A stretch of 32,000 bases of DNA, from the NCBI RefSeq assembly GCF_001457595.1, contig NZ_LN831039.1, forward strand, positions 990,001 to 1,022,000, written 5' to 3'. The notes beneath the pieces are model-generated. The model saw nothing but the letters and a program-made list of their open reading frames with translations, was not told where the DNA came from and did no database searches. Below, one piece after another: positions 7,888 to 18,162 of the stretch. The position numbers and the translations under genes were made by a program. Origin of the DNA: Mycolicibacterium smegmatis. GTDB lineage: Bacteria > Actinomycetota > Actinomycetes > Mycobacteriales > Mycobacteriaceae. Each line of letters begins with the position of its first letter. Within the stretch, counting starts at the first letter, position 1.

Positions 7888-8801
7888 GCCTGCTGCAACT
7901 GCGTGCCGACGGGGAACGTCACGCCCGTGAGTTCCTCGGACACCGCCCACAGCCGGCGCTGCAGATCGGCGTCGTGCGACTGGGCGCTGGACGCCACCAC
8001 CTTGGGGTAGCCCCGCGTCTCGCCGATCCCGTCGGGGCCGAAGTACTGCCCACCGAGGGCGCCCGGGTCGGTCGCGGCGCGCAGTGTCGGCAGCGCCCCG
8101 AGGGCGGCGTCCTGCGCCAGCGGGGTCACGAGGCGCTCCAGGGGACCAGGCAGGTGGCGAGCGAGTTCGGTGTTCGACGCGCCCGGATGAGCGGCCAGGG
8201 CCGTGGTCTGGTGACCGGTGAGGCGGCGCTGCAGCTCATAGGTGAACAGCAGGTTGGCCAACTTCGACTGCCCGTATGCCGCGACCCGGTTGTAGCGGCG
8301 TTCCCACTGCAGATCGTCGAAGTGGATCTTCGCGAGGATGCGGTGGCCCTGGCTGCTGACCGTGACGACGCGCGAGCCCGGCACCGTCAGCATGCGATCG
8401 AGCAGCAGGCCGGTCAGCGCGAAGTGGCCCAGATGGTTGGTGCCGAACTGCAGCTCGAAACCGTCCTCGGTGGTCTGCCGCGGTGGCCACATGACGCCCG
8501 CGTTGTTGATGAGCAGGTCGATCCGGTCGAACTTGCCCTTGAGGTCGTCGGCGGCTGCGCGCACCGAGGCCAGCGACCCCAGGTCGAGCTGCTGCAACTC
8601 CAGGTCTGCGGTGGGCGCGCTGCGCGCGATCCAGTCGACCGCGGCCTTGCCCTTGTCCAGATTGCGCACCGCGAGCACCACATGGGCGCCCTTGGCGGCA
8701 AGCGCCTTTGCGGTTTCGAGGCCGAGGCCGGTGTTGGCGCCCGTGACGATCGCGACGCGGCCTGTTTGATCGGGAATCCTGGCGGTGGTCCATTTGGTCA
8801 T
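7884..8801 (-). CDS. Short-chain dehydrogenase/reductase (retinol-dehydrogenase-like SDR; same position as Rv0439c next to groEL2)
   Basis: TGANTGLGLE (TGxxxGxG), NNAG and YGQSK (YxxxK). GAGGAG lies 6 nt upstream of the ATG. Confidence 0.9.
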   Translation of the reverse strand: MTKWTTARIPDQTGRVAIVTGANTGLGLETAKALAAKGAHVVLAVRNLDKGKAAVDWIARSAPTADLELQQLDLGSLASVRAAADDLKGKFDRIDLLINNAGVMWPPRQTTEDGFELQFGTNHLGHFALTGLLLDRMLTVPGSRVVTVSSQGHRILAKIHFDDLQWERRYNRVAAYGQSKLANLLFTYELQRRLTGHQTTALAAHPGASNTELARHLPGPLERLVTPLAQDAALGALPTLRAATDPGALGGQYFGPDGIGETRGYPKVVASSAQSHDADLQRRLWAVSEELTGVTFPVGTQLQQA

Positions 8802-8882
8802 GGGAGACTCCTCGTGAGCGGTATCCGGAGTGAGCGCCCCGGTTGACCCGACTATACGGAACGTGCGCCCCGTTTTGTCAAC

Positions 8883-8906
8883 GGTGATGTGGTGATGAGG
8901 TGATGT
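8883..8906. repeat. 3 x 8-bp tandem repeat GGTGATG(T/A) spanning the TetR start
   Basis: ggtgatgt ggtgatga ggtgatgt. This creates several GTG/ATG candidates. Only 8900 (GTG), 8903 and 8909 (ATG) are in the TetR frame. Confidence 0.8.
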
Positions 8907-9472
8907 CGATGCGTGCCGATGCGGCCCGCAACCGGGCCCGGGTGCTGGAAGTGGCCTATGAGGCGTTCGCCGAAGACGGGCTGGCGGTCCCGATCGACGA
9001 GATCGCCCGCCGGGCCGGCGTCGGTGCGGGCACGGTCTATCGGCACTTCCCGTCCAAAGAGGATCTGTACCGGGCCGTCGTCGTCGAGCGCATCCGCGAG
9101 GTGGTCGGTCAGGGGAGGGCCCTGCTCGCCGACGGCGATCCGGGGGAGGCGCTGTTCGACTACCTGCGGCTGATGGTGCTGCAGTGCGGTGCCGCCGACC
9201 GCGGGCTCGTCGAAGCGCTCGCCGGTGCCGGGATCGACGTCAAGACCATGGTTCCCGACGCCGAGGACGAATACATGGAGATGCTCGGCGGGCTGCTGCG
9301 GGCCGCGCAGCGGGCGGGCACGGTGCGTGGCGATGTCACCGCCACCGACGTCAAGGCGCTCCTCGTCGGCTGCCAGGCCATGCAGGCCTACGACGCCACC
9401 GCCGCGGAACATCTGACGGGTGTGGTGTTCGACGGCCTTCGCGTCGCGCCGGCTTCAGTACCGTCGCGGTGA
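8900..9472 (+). CDS. TetR-family transcriptional regulator, divergent from the SDR
   Basis: N-terminal HTH IDEIARRAGVGAGTVYRHFPSKEDLY. 190 aa. The start is ambiguous among 8900, 8903 and 8909. Confidence 0.88.
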   Translation: MMSMRADAARNRARVLEVAYEAFAEDGLAVPIDEIARRAGVGAGTVYRHFPSKEDLYRAVVVERIREVVGQGRALLADGDPGEALFDYLRLMVLQCGAADRGLVEALAGAGIDVKTMVPDAEDEYMEMLGGLLRAAQRAGTVRGDVTATDVKALLVGCQAMQAYDATAAEHLTGVVFDGLRVAPASVPSR

Positions 9473-9523
9473 AACGGCGCTGATGCCGAACCCGGCGGCG
9501 CGCGTCGGGGGCACCCCCACAAC

Positions 9524-9550
9524 CTTGCACTCACCATGCCCGAGTGCTAA
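9524..9550. promoter_or_regulatory. CIRCE element 1 (HrcA operator)
   Basis: CTTGCACTC-N9-GAGTGCTAA versus consensus TTAGCACTC-N9-GAGTGCTAA. TTGCAC inside it could serve as a -35. Confidence 0.9.
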
Positions 9551-9558
9551 GAATGCAG

Positions 9559-9585
9559 TTGGCACTCTCGATTCGTGAGTGCTAG
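9559..9585. promoter_or_regulatory. CIRCE element 2 (HrcA operator)
   Basis: TTGGCACTC-N9-GAGTGCTAG, 8 nt downstream of element 1 and about 115 nt upstream of the groEL2 ATG. Confidence 0.9.
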
Positions 9586-11325
<1,740 letters not shown>

Positions 11326-11342
11326 GTCCAGACTCAAGAGAG

Positions 11343-11376
11343 GCCCCGGCGCGCTTGGCGCGCCGGGGCTTTTCTT
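11343..11376 (+). terminator. Intrinsic terminator of groEL2
   Basis: gccccggcgcgc-ttg-gcgcgccggggc is a perfect 12-bp GC stem followed by ttttctttat. Confidence 0.9.
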
Positions 11377-11380
11377 TATC

Positions 11381-11443
11381 CCCAGCGTGGGTTCTATGCA
11401 CAGGTCGAGCCCGAAAACCGTGCGCGAGGCCCACGTTCGTCGG
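11381..11443. repeat. Left copy of an imperfect ~63-bp direct repeat flanking the DUF559 gene
   Basis: The core tgcacaggtcgagcccgaaaaccgtgcgcgaggcccacgttcgtcgg aligns without gaps to 12317-12363 (34/47 identical by hand). The 16 nt upstream also align (10/16). The two copies are offset by exactly 920 bp. Confidence 0.75.
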
Positions 11444-11465
11444 TGGCTCTGGCGAGCGTGCGGGC

Positions 11466-12299
11466 ATGGAACCCTTCATCGGAAGCGCGGCAGTGCGCAG
11501 TGGTGCTCTCACCCGGCGGGGACTGCAGCGCCACTACACAGCGCTCTACCGCGACGTCTACATTCCCCGCGACCTGGAGGTGACAGCCCGCATCCGCGCC
11601 GAGGCGGCATGGTTGGCAACGCGAGCGCCCCTTGCCGGAACCTCGGCGGCCGCCGTGCTCGGCACGCGATGGCTGAGACCTGAGCTTCCTGCCCAGATCA
11701 TCCGGGCCGATCGGCATGCGCCGCCGGGCATCGTCGCGCACTCCTGGACACTCGCACCGGGCGAGACGTGCCTGGTCGCCGGGATGGATGCCACGACCCC
11801 GGCGCGCACCGCGTTCGACCTGGGCCGCCTCCATCGCGCCGGCGACGCGGTGCCGCTGGTGGATGCCCTGCTCAACGCGACCGGGATCAAGCCCGCCGAC
11901 GTGCTCGCGGTGGCTGACGCGCATCCGGGTGCCCGCGGCGTCGCGCGATTGCGCGCGCTGCTCCCGTTGGTGGACGGCGGCGCCGAATCTCCGCAGGAGA
12001 GCAGGTTGCGCCTGGTCCTGGTGCGTGGGGGACTGCCCGTGCCGCAGACCCAGATCGAGTTCCGCGACCTGCGCATCCGCGTCGACATGGGATGGCCCGT
12101 GTGGAAAGTGGCAGTCGAGTACGACGGCGTGCAGCACTGGTCAGACCGTCGGCAGCGGTCGTGGGACATCGATCGGATCGCCCTGCTGGAAGAGGCCGGG
12201 TGGGTGGTGGTGCGTGTCAGCGCCGAGATGCTGTCGCGGCCGCACGTCGTGGTCGAGCGCGTGCGAGCCAAGCTGCGCGCCGCGGGATGCCCGATCTGA
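11466..12299 (+). CDS. Hypothetical protein: AbiEi-like N-terminal region plus DUF559 / Vsr-type endonuclease-like C-terminal domain
   Basis: 277 aa from the ATG at 11466. The N-terminus (GSAAVRSGALTRRGLQRHYTALYRDVYIPRD) is typical of actinobacterial AbiEi_4-like proteins. The C-terminus (ESPQESRLRLVLVRGGLPVPQTQIEF...VDMGWPVWKVAVEYDGVQHW...RIALLEEAGWVVVRV) is typical of DUF559. Confidence 0.8.
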   Translation: MEPFIGSAAVRSGALTRRGLQRHYTALYRDVYIPRDLEVTARIRAEAAWLATRAPLAGTSAAAVLGTRWLRPELPAQIIRADRHAPPGIVAHSWTLAPGETCLVAGMDATTPARTAFDLGRLHRAGDAVPLVDALLNATGIKPADVLAVADAHPGARGVARLRALLPLVDGGAESPQESRLRLVLVRGGLPVPQTQIEFRDLRIRVDMGWPVWKVAVEYDGVQHWSDRRQRSWDIDRIALLEEAGWVVVRVSAEMLSRPHVVVERVRAKLRAAGCPI

Positions 12300-12300
12300 G

Positions 12301-12363
12301 CCGACCGTGGGCCTCGTGCACGGAACTGGGCCGAAAAGCGTGCACAGGCCCCACGTTCGGCGC
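12301..12363. repeat. Right copy of the direct repeat flanking the DUF559 gene
   Basis: ccgaccgtgggcctcgtgcacggaactgggccgaaaagcgtgcacaggccccacgttcggcgc. It contains two GTGCAC palindromes 18 nt apart. It fills the gap between the DUF559 stop (12297-12299) and the convergent PPOX-like stop (12363-12365). Confidence 0.75.
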
Positions 12364-12746
12364 TAGTTCTCGCTCAACACCACACAGTCGTCGATGCTCG
12401 CGGCCGTCGGCCCGGACCCGGTGGACCGCTTGCGGTGCAGAACCGCGCGGGCAGGCACGATCTGCGGCGGGGCGTCGTCGGTGGCGCCGGCACGCGCCTG
12501 ACCGTCGACGATCAGCGAGAACCCACTGGGGCTGCGTGGCGGCCAGATCAGGGTGACGTTGTCGTGCACGGCGAGATTTCTGCGAGTGCGATCTCCGACC
12601 GACCCCACCTCGATGACGCCGTCCACCACCCGAGGATCACACGCCACGGTGTGCGCGTGGTAGTTGTCGTCGACCGTGACGAGGTAGGCGAACGTGTAGT
12701 CCGTCAGCTTGTCGGCCAGCTGCTTGAGATCCACTTTCACGCTCAT
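12363..12746 (-). CDS. Pyridoxamine 5'-phosphate oxidase-fold (split beta-barrel, possibly F420/FMN-dependent) family protein
   Basis: 127 aa from the ATG at 12744-12746 ([34 protein letters not shown]...). Size and N-terminal pattern fit the PPOX-like family. The track ORF is extended to 12833. Confidence 0.65.
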   Translation of the reverse strand: MSVKVDLKQLADKLTDYTFAYLVTVDDNYHAHTVACDPRVVDGVIEVGSVGDRTRRNLAVHDNVTLIWPPRSPSGFSLIVDGQARAGATDDAPPQIVPARAVLHRKRSTGSGPTAASIDDCVVLSEN

Positions 12747-12752
12747 GTGGCG

Positions 12753-12758
12753 AGGATA
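12753..12758 (-). promoter_or_regulatory. Candidate -10 hexamer for a leaderless PPOX-like transcript
   Basis: The minus strand reads TATCCT-cgccac-ATG (TANNNT, 6 nt, start codon). No Shine-Dalgarno is present. Confidence 0.3.
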
Positions 12759-12771
12759 GTTTCCGTACCTG

Positions 12772-14514
12772 TCAGGCCGGTGCGGATTGGCGCCCACGGA
12801 CCAACCGGCCCGGACGGGCCGCGGTGGGCACACCGTTCTCGGCGATCACCTCGCCGGACACGACGGTGGCGACGTAGCCGTCGGCGCTCTGGTCCAGGCG
12901 CCGTCCCCCGGCGGGCAGGTCGTAGGTGACGACGGGTTTGTGCAGCAGCAGCGCATCATGGTCGATGACGTTGAGGTCGGCCTTGAACCCGACGGCGATG
13001 CGGCCACGGTCGGCCAGCCCCGCGACCTGTGCGGGCACCGAGGTCAGCTGCCGGATGGCCTGCGGCACCGACATCCGCCCCTCGGCCCGGTCACGCGCCC
13101 AGTACGCCAGCAGGTACGTGGGAAAGCTTGAGTCGCAAATCATTCCGTAGTGCGCACCGCCGTCACCGAGCCCGAGGACCACGTCCTCACGGGTCATCAG
13201 GTCGCCGACGGTGTCCAGCGAGTTGTCGTAGAAGTTGGCCAGCGCGCCGAGCAGGATCGCGTGCCCGTCGTCTTCGAGCAGCAGGTCGTACGCCTCCTCC
13301 AGGGGCGTGACGCCGTGCGCCCTGGCACGGGCCGCGATGCTCTGCGACCGGTCGGGCTCGTAGTTCGCGTCGGGGCCCAGCGGGAAGATCCAGTCCCATG
13401 CCTGCGCCAGGTACACCAGCGGGTTGGCCGGCGCCCCGCCCGGCTTGTCGGCCAGGATCCGTTCGCGCACTGCGGGTTTGCGCATCTGAGCGACGCGTTC
13501 GGGCAGCGGCAGCCCGGCGATCTCCTGGTAGCTGGGGTACAGCACGAACGGATTGGCCGACAGTTCCAGGCCGATCATCAGGCCGATCGGGCGAGGGAAC
13601 ACCTGCGCGGTGACCCGCGGCGCCGCCGAGGACGCCGACGTGTTGGCCTTCTCGACCATCTCCATGGCCTCCCGCCACAGCGGTTCCCCCGCGTTGAGCA
13701 CCAGCAGGCTGAACGTCACCGGCAACCCGGTCTCGCCGGCCGCGTCGAAAACCTGTTGCAGCACAGGCTGATACCCGCCGGCCGGAATGTCGGGCACGAA
13801 CTGGATCAACCCGCCGCCACCGTCGGCGATGCCGCGCGCGATCTCGCGGATCTCCTCATAGGCGGCCTCGAAGCTCGGGATCTGCCTGCCGCCCTCGGTG
13901 CGGTGGGTCGCCAACCGCGACGAGGCGAATCCCAGCGCCCCGGCCTCGATGGCCTCGCGGGCCAGCGCACGCATCCTGGCCAGGTCGTCGGCGGTGGCCG
14001 GTTCACGGTCGGCGCCGCGTTGGCCCATGACGTACACCCGCAGCGGCGAGTGCGGCAGGTACGCGGCCACATCGATGTCGAGACGACGAGCGGCCAGCGC
14101 GTCGAGGTACTCGGGAAAGGTCTCCCAGTGCCAGTTCAGCCCCTCGGTCATGACCACGCCGGGAATGTCCTCCACGCCGGCCATCACGTCGACCAGCACG
14201 TCGTGGTCCTCGGCGCGGCACGGCGCGAACCCCACCCCGCAGTTGCCCATCACCGCGGTGGTGACACCGTGCGACGACGACGGGTTGAGCCGGTCCGACC
14301 AGATCGCCTGCCCGTCGTAATGCGTGTGCAGATCCACGAAGCCGGGCGTCACCAGTAGGCCGGCCGCGTCGATCTCGCGGGCGCCGGTCCCGGCGACCTC
14401 ACCGACCGTCACGATGACGCCGTCACGCACCGCGACGTCGCCGACGACCGGTTCGCCGCCGAGGCCGTCGACGATGGTGCCGCCGCGGATCACGAGATCG
14501 AATGCATGGCTCAT
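12772..14514 (-). CDS. N-acyl-D-amino-acid deacylase (D-aminoacylase) family amidohydrolase
   Basis: [20 protein letters not shown]...[12 protein letters not shown] (HxH metal site)...[17 protein letters not shown]. 580 aa from the ATG at 14512-14514. A GTG at 14544 is an alternative start. Confidence 0.85.
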   Translation of the reverse strand: MSHAFDLVIRGGTIVDGLGGEPVVGDVAVRDGVIVTVGEVAGTGAREIDAAGLLVTPGFVDLHTHYDGQAIWSDRLNPSSSHGVTTAVMGNCGVGFAPCRAEDHDVLVDVMAGVEDIPGVVMTEGLNWHWETFPEYLDALAARRLDIDVAAYLPHSPLRVYVMGQRGADREPATADDLARMRALAREAIEAGALGFASSRLATHRTEGGRQIPSFEAAYEEIREIARGIADGGGGLIQFVPDIPAGGYQPVLQQVFDAAGETGLPVTFSLLVLNAGEPLWREAMEMVEKANTSASSAAPRVTAQVFPRPIGLMIGLELSANPFVLYPSYQEIAGLPLPERVAQMRKPAVRERILADKPGGAPANPLVYLAQAWDWIFPLGPDANYEPDRSQSIAARARAHGVTPLEEAYDLLLEDDGHAILLGALANFYDNSLDTVGDLMTREDVVLGLGDGGAHYGMICDSSFPTYLLAYWARDRAEGRMSVPQAIRQLTSVPAQVAGLADRGRIAVGFKADLNVIDHDALLLHKPVVTYDLPAGGRRLDQSADGYVATVVSGEVIAENGVPTAARPGRLVRGRQSAPA

Positions 14515-14595
14515 CTGTCCAACGTACGACGCGGCGTGCCGCACATGCCCGGGAATCGGCCATCAGTGTCGCTGCGGCGTGGCAGGATTCGAGCC

Positions 14596-14976
14596 GTGAT
14601 CGATCACTTCGGCATCAACTGCGTCGACTTCGAGAAGTCGAAAACGTTCTACGACAAGGTGCTGGGGGTTCTGGGCTACACCCGTCAGATGGATTTCGAC
14701 GTGGCCATCGGATACGGCGCCGACGGTCACCCCGACTTCTGGATCGCCGACGCCGGCGCGGGCAACGTGGCCGGGCCCAACCGCGAGGTGCACATCGCGT
14801 TCAAGGCCTCCGGTGTCGATGCGGTCCAGGCGTTCTACGACGCCGCGCTGGAGCTGGGCGCCGAGTCGCTGCACGCGCCGCGACGGTGGCCCGAGTACCA
14901 CCCGGGCTACTTCGGTGCGTTCGTGCGCGACCCCGACGGCAACAACGTCGAGGCGGTGTTCCACGGCGCGCAGTGA
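14596..14976 (+). CDS. VOC (glyoxalase/bleomycin-resistance/dioxygenase) family protein
   Basis: VIDHFGINCVDFEKSKTFYDKVLGVLGY...HIAFKA...YFGAFVRDPDGNNVEAV. 126 aa from the GTG at 14596, with AGGA 8 nt upstream. In-frame alternatives are 14545 and 14506. Confidence 0.8.
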   Translation: MIDHFGINCVDFEKSKTFYDKVLGVLGYTRQMDFDVAIGYGADGHPDFWIADAGAGNVAGPNREVHIAFKASGVDAVQAFYDAALELGAESLHAPRRWPEYHPGYFGAFVRDPDGNNVEAVFHGAQ

Positions 14977-14979
14977 CGC

Positions 14980-15483
14980 CTACAGGGGTTCCAGCGCCTC
15001 GATGGTCCACGCGCCGCCGGATTTCCGCAGCCCGACCCGCATGGCGTATCCGGACTGCGATCTGGTCTGGTTGCCCGTGGACGCCACGGTCTGATCGACG
15101 AAGGCCAGCACCGCGGCCGTGTCGTCGGTGAGGCTCTCCACCGCCGTCTGGCGGATGGTGGACGTCTGGGTGACGCCGTTGGTGCGTGCGACCGACAGCT
15201 TGGTGCGCATGTCGTCGCGATAGGTGTCGGCGGCCTTGCCGGACAACACCGATGCCAGGTCGGCGATATCGGTGTCGTCGGTCCTGGGGGTGTAGCTGAG
15301 CAGCTTTTCCAGATTGTCCGAGACGAACCGCGTGACCTCGTCGCGGGCCGCGGCCTGATCGGCCACCAGCACTGGTGCCGGACGGTTCTTCTCCGACATC
15401 TGCCACAGGCCCAGACCGAGCGCAGCCACCGAGCCCACGGCGAGGACCGTCACCATCACCCACCATCCGGTGCCGCGCCGCAT
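14980..15483 (-). CDS. Mce-associated (Mam/Mas)-like single-pass membrane protein
   Basis: 167 aa: short cytoplasmic N-terminus, one TM (WWVMVTVLAVGSVAALGLGLW), then an ectodomain of about 130 aa ending ...MRVGLRKSGGAWTIEALEPL. Its ATG overlaps the kinase stop by 1 nt (TGATG on the minus strand). Confidence 0.7.
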   Translation of the reverse strand: MRRGTGWWVMVTVLAVGSVAALGLGLWQMSEKNRPAPVLVADQAAARDEVTRFVSDNLEKLLSYTPRTDDTDIADLASVLSGKAADTYRDDMRTKLSVARTNGVTQTSTIRQTAVESLTDDTAAVLAFVDQTVASTGNQTRSQSGYAMRVGLRKSGGAWTIEALEPL

Positions 15484-16976
15484 CAGTCCACGAACTCCAC
15501 GCCGGAGACCTTGTAGGCGCCGCCGGTGTCGACGACGGTCACCGTGAGTCGTTGCAGCGCGTCCTCGCGGGGCGCGTGGGTGTTGTTGGTGGTCTTGGTG
15601 GTCAGGCTGACCAGAACCTCCGCCTCACCGGCGTCAGGGTCGAACGACGCGATACCGGCACCGGTCACCTCTGCCTCGGTGTGCTTGCCTTCGTCGGCGG
15701 TGTCCTTCTTCATCTTCGCCGCGCCACGCTGAAGGCCGTCGCGGAACTCGCCGGTCGCGCCGTCGAGGACGCGGTCCACATCGGCGTCGACGGTGTCGGC
15801 GTTCACCATGACCAGAGCGAGCGCAAATGCCTTCCCGGTGTCGACGTAGGGCTGCCACTGCGGGGTGTCGGCGGCCGCAGGCGTGCTGCGTGCGAACTGG
15901 GTGACCGCGAACACCGCGGACGCGAGGAACAGCACCGCCGCCACGACGGGGACGAGAATGGTTGCGACGCCGCGTTTCTGGCGTGGACGTGGCTGAAAGA
16001 CCTGGGGCTGCGGCGGTGCCTGGCGTTGCACCGGGGCGGCGAACTGCGCGGGGGCAGGCGCCGGCTGAGCCGGGGGCGCCACGGGTGGTCGAGGCCGCTC
16101 GGGTGGCCGGGGCGGGGGAGGGGCCTGCGGTGCCGGTGGGCGGTCCGCGTCGGTGAGGGCTGCGGCGAACTCGCCGCACGTCGAGAAGCGCGCGGCGGGG
16201 TCCTTGGCCAGGCCCCTGACCATGACGTCGTCGAGCCGCGCCAGATCGGGACGTGAATTTCCAAGGCGCGGGGGCGGTTCGGACAGGTGCTTGCTGATGA
16301 CGACGGCGGCGTTGGAGTGGTGGAACGGCGAGCGTCCCGCCAGCAGGTGAAAAGCGGTGGCCGCCAAGGCGTATTGATCGGCGCGGCCGTCGAGATCCTG
16401 TCCCAGCAGCTGCTCGGGCGCCGAGTACGCCATGGAGCCGACCGCCATGTTGGTCGCCGTCAGGCCGCTGATGTCGTCGACGCGACGCGCAACTCCGAAG
16501 TCGGCCAGCAGGATCCGCCGACGGGCCGCGGAAGGATCGGTCAGCAGGATGTTGGCGGGTTTGACGTCACGGTGCAGCAGGCCGCGGGCGTGGGCGTAGT
16601 CGAGGGCCTCGGCGATCGCGGTGACGATCTCGATCGCGGTGTCGGGCGGCAGCCCCGCGGGGTGCAGCTCGCGCACCAGCCGTGCGGCGTCGGTGCCGTC
16701 GACGTAGTCCATCGCGATCCACAACTGGCCGTCGGCCTCACCGCGATCGTGCAGGCCGACGATGTGCGGATGCCACAGCCCGGCCGCGATGTCGGCCTCG
16801 CGGTTGAACCGCTGCCGGTACTGCGTGTCGCCGGTCAACGATGTGGGCAGGATCTTCAGCGCGTCCTGCCGCGGCAGGCGGGGGTGCCGGGCCAGATAGA
16901 CCTCGCCCATTCCGCCGGTGCCGAGCAGACGCGCAATCGTGTACCCGGCGAACACGTCACCGGTGTTCAACGGCAT
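15483..16976 (-). CDS. Transmembrane Hanks-type Ser/Thr protein kinase with Pro-rich linker, one TM and a Mam/Mas-like ectodomain
   Basis: 497 aa from the ATG at 16974-16976 ([31 protein letters not shown]). Kinase motifs: GxGxx[23 protein letters not shown] PPxP-rich linker precedes the TM ([22 protein letters not shown]) and a C-terminal domain of about 135 aa. The first 190 aa of the track ORF are spurious. Confidence 0.92.
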   Translation of the reverse strand: MPLNTGDVFAGYTIARLLGTGGMGEVYLARHPRLPRQDALKILPTSLTGDTQYRQRFNREADIAAGLWHPHIVGLHDRGEADGQLWIAMDYVDGTDAARLVRELHPAGLPPDTAIEIVTAIAEALDYAHARGLLHRDVKPANILLTDPSAARRRILLADFGVARRVDDISGLTATNMAVGSMAYSAPEQLLGQDLDGRADQYALAATAFHLLAGRSPFHHSNAAVVISKHLSEPPPRLGNSRPDLARLDDVMVRGLAKDPAARFSTCGEFAAALTDADRPPAPQAPPPPRPPERPRPPVAPPAQPAPAPAQFAAPVQRQAPPQPQVFQPRPRQKRGVATILVPVVAAVLFLASAVFAVTQFARSTPAAADTPQWQPYVDTGKAFALALVMVNADTVDADVDRVLDGATGEFRDGLQRGAAKMKKDTADEGKHTEAEVTGAGIASFDPDAGEAEVLVSLTTKTTNNTHAPREDALQRLTVTVVDTGGAYKVSGVEFVD

Positions 16977-16983
16977 GGGCGTG

Positions 16984-16989
16984 ATAGTA
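16984..16989 (-). promoter_or_regulatory. Candidate -10 hexamer for a leaderless kinase transcript
   Basis: The minus strand reads TACTAT-cacgccc-ATG (TANNNT, 7 nt, ATG). No SD is present. Confidence 0.35.
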
Positions 16990-17017
16990 ACCGCGCGCCG
17001 CGGACCTTCGCCGCGAG

Positions 17018-17023
17018 TAGCGT
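17018..17023 (+). promoter_or_regulatory. Candidate -10 hexamer for a leaderless DinB-family transcript
   Basis: TAGCGT-cggcatc-ATG (7 nt spacing), with no SD. It lies in the 54-bp divergent region shared with the kinase. Confidence 0.35.
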
Positions 17024-17030
17024 CGGCATC

Positions 17031-17588
17031 ATGACCGCCCGTGAACCCACAACCAAGACCAGCACCGGCTCCGTCAACGAATCCGCGGCAGTGCGAGAGC
17101 TGCTGCGCGACGCGTTCACCCGCTTGATCGAGCACGTCGACGATCTCACCGACGGGCTGACCGAGGAAGTGTCGTCCTACCGGCCGACGCCCGAGGCCAA
17201 CAGCATCGCGTGGTTGCTGTGGCACAGCGCCCGCTGCCAGGACATGCAGTTGTGCGACATCGCAGGCGTCGAACAGGTCTGGACACGGGACGGCTGGATC
17301 GACCGGTTCGATCTGGGCCTGCCGCCCGACGACATCGGCTACGGGCACAGCCCGGAGGAGGTCGCGAAGGTGCAGGCGCCGGCCGAACTGCTGGCCGGCT
17401 ACTACCACGCCGTGCACAAGGTGACGCTGGAGTACATCGCCACCGTCACGCCCGGCGAGATGGACCGGGTGGTCGACACGAACTGGAATCCGCCGGTCAC
17501 CGCGAGCGCGCGGTTGATCAGCATCATCGACGACTGTGCACAGCACCTGGGTCAGGCCGCCTACCTGCGCGGCATCATCCCGCGGTGA
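17031..17588 (+). CDS. DinB-superfamily (DUF664 / mycothiol-transferase-like) protein
   Basis: 185 aa. Features are [14 protein letters not shown], a four-helix-bundle-like length, and C-terminal [17 protein letters not shown]. This is the His-containing pattern typical of DinB_2/DUF664. Confidence 0.75.
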   Translation: MTAREPTTKTSTGSVNESAAVRELLRDAFTRLIEHVDDLTDGLTEEVSSYRPTPEANSIAWLLWHSARCQDMQLCDIAGVEQVWTRDGWIDRFDLGLPPDDIGYGHSPEEVAKVQAPAELLAGYYHAVHKVTLEYIATVTPGEMDRVVDTNWNPPVTASARLISIIDDCAQHLGQAAYLRGIIPR

Positions 17589-18148
17589 CCCGGTGGTGGC
17601 CGCCCGTCGGGCTGGCCGCCATGGTGTTGCTCGGTGGGGCGGTCCGGCACGGGACCACCCCGATCGACGCCTGGTTCGGCCACCTCGGGCGTGAGCTGGG
17701 ACGACCGCTGCGCCGGGCGTTCCTGTATTTCACCGAACCGTGGCTGGTGGCGGGTGTGCTGCTGGCCGTGATCGCGATGGCGCTGTACCGCGGGCAGCGG
17801 TGGTTCGCGCTTGCCGCGGTGATCAGTCCACCGGTGGCCGTGCTGCTCGCGCAGGCGTTCAAGCGCATCTTCGGCCGGTACCGGGGTGATGCGCTGGCGT
17901 ACCCGAGCGGGCACACCGCGTTCCTGGTCGCCACGCTGTGCTTGCTGGTGGTCGCGGCCGGGTTCGCGTTGTGGGCGGTGGCCGCCGCGGCGCTTCTCGG
18001 GCTGCTCGGCATGTTCGGGCAGGCCATCACGCATCACTACTTCACCGACACCGTGGGCGCGGCGTTGCTGGCCACCTCGGTGGTCGGCGTAGCCGTCATC
18101 GTTCTTGACAGGTGTCAACCCCGGTGCGACGTGGGTCACAAACCCTGA
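17585..18148 (+). CDS. PAP2-superfamily membrane phosphatase
   Basis: The GTG overlaps the DinB stop (GTGA, 17585-17588). About 5 TM segments. PAP2 motifs are [12 protein letters not shown] and a His/Asp pair ([11 protein letters not shown]). Only the last 187 aa of track ORF 17210..18148 are real. Confidence 0.75.
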   Translation: MTRWWPPVGLAAMVLLGGAVRHGTTPIDAWFGHLGRELGRPLRRAFLYFTEPWLVAGVLLAVIAMALYRGQRWFALAAVISPPVAVLLAQAFKRIFGRYRGDALAYPSGHTAFLVATLCLLVVAAGFALWAVAAAALLGLLGMFGQAITHHYFTDTVGAALLATSVVGVAVIVLDRCQPRCDVGHKP

Positions 18149-18149
18149 T

Positions 18150-18155
18150 TAACAT
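18150..18155 (+). promoter_or_regulatory. Candidate -10 hexamer for a leaderless ALDH transcript
   Basis: TAACAT-agggccc-ATG (7 nt). The gap to the PAP2 stop is only 14 nt and has no good SD. Confidence 0.3.
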
Positions 18156-18162
18156 AGGGCCC

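Noticed and set aside
16977-17546. 190-aa N-terminal extension of the kinase ORF (track ORF 15483..17546)
   Set aside because: The extension overlaps the DinB-family gene on the other strand and has no kinase-related sequence. The canonical kinase N-terminus, with the glycine-rich loop, begins right after the ATG at 16976.
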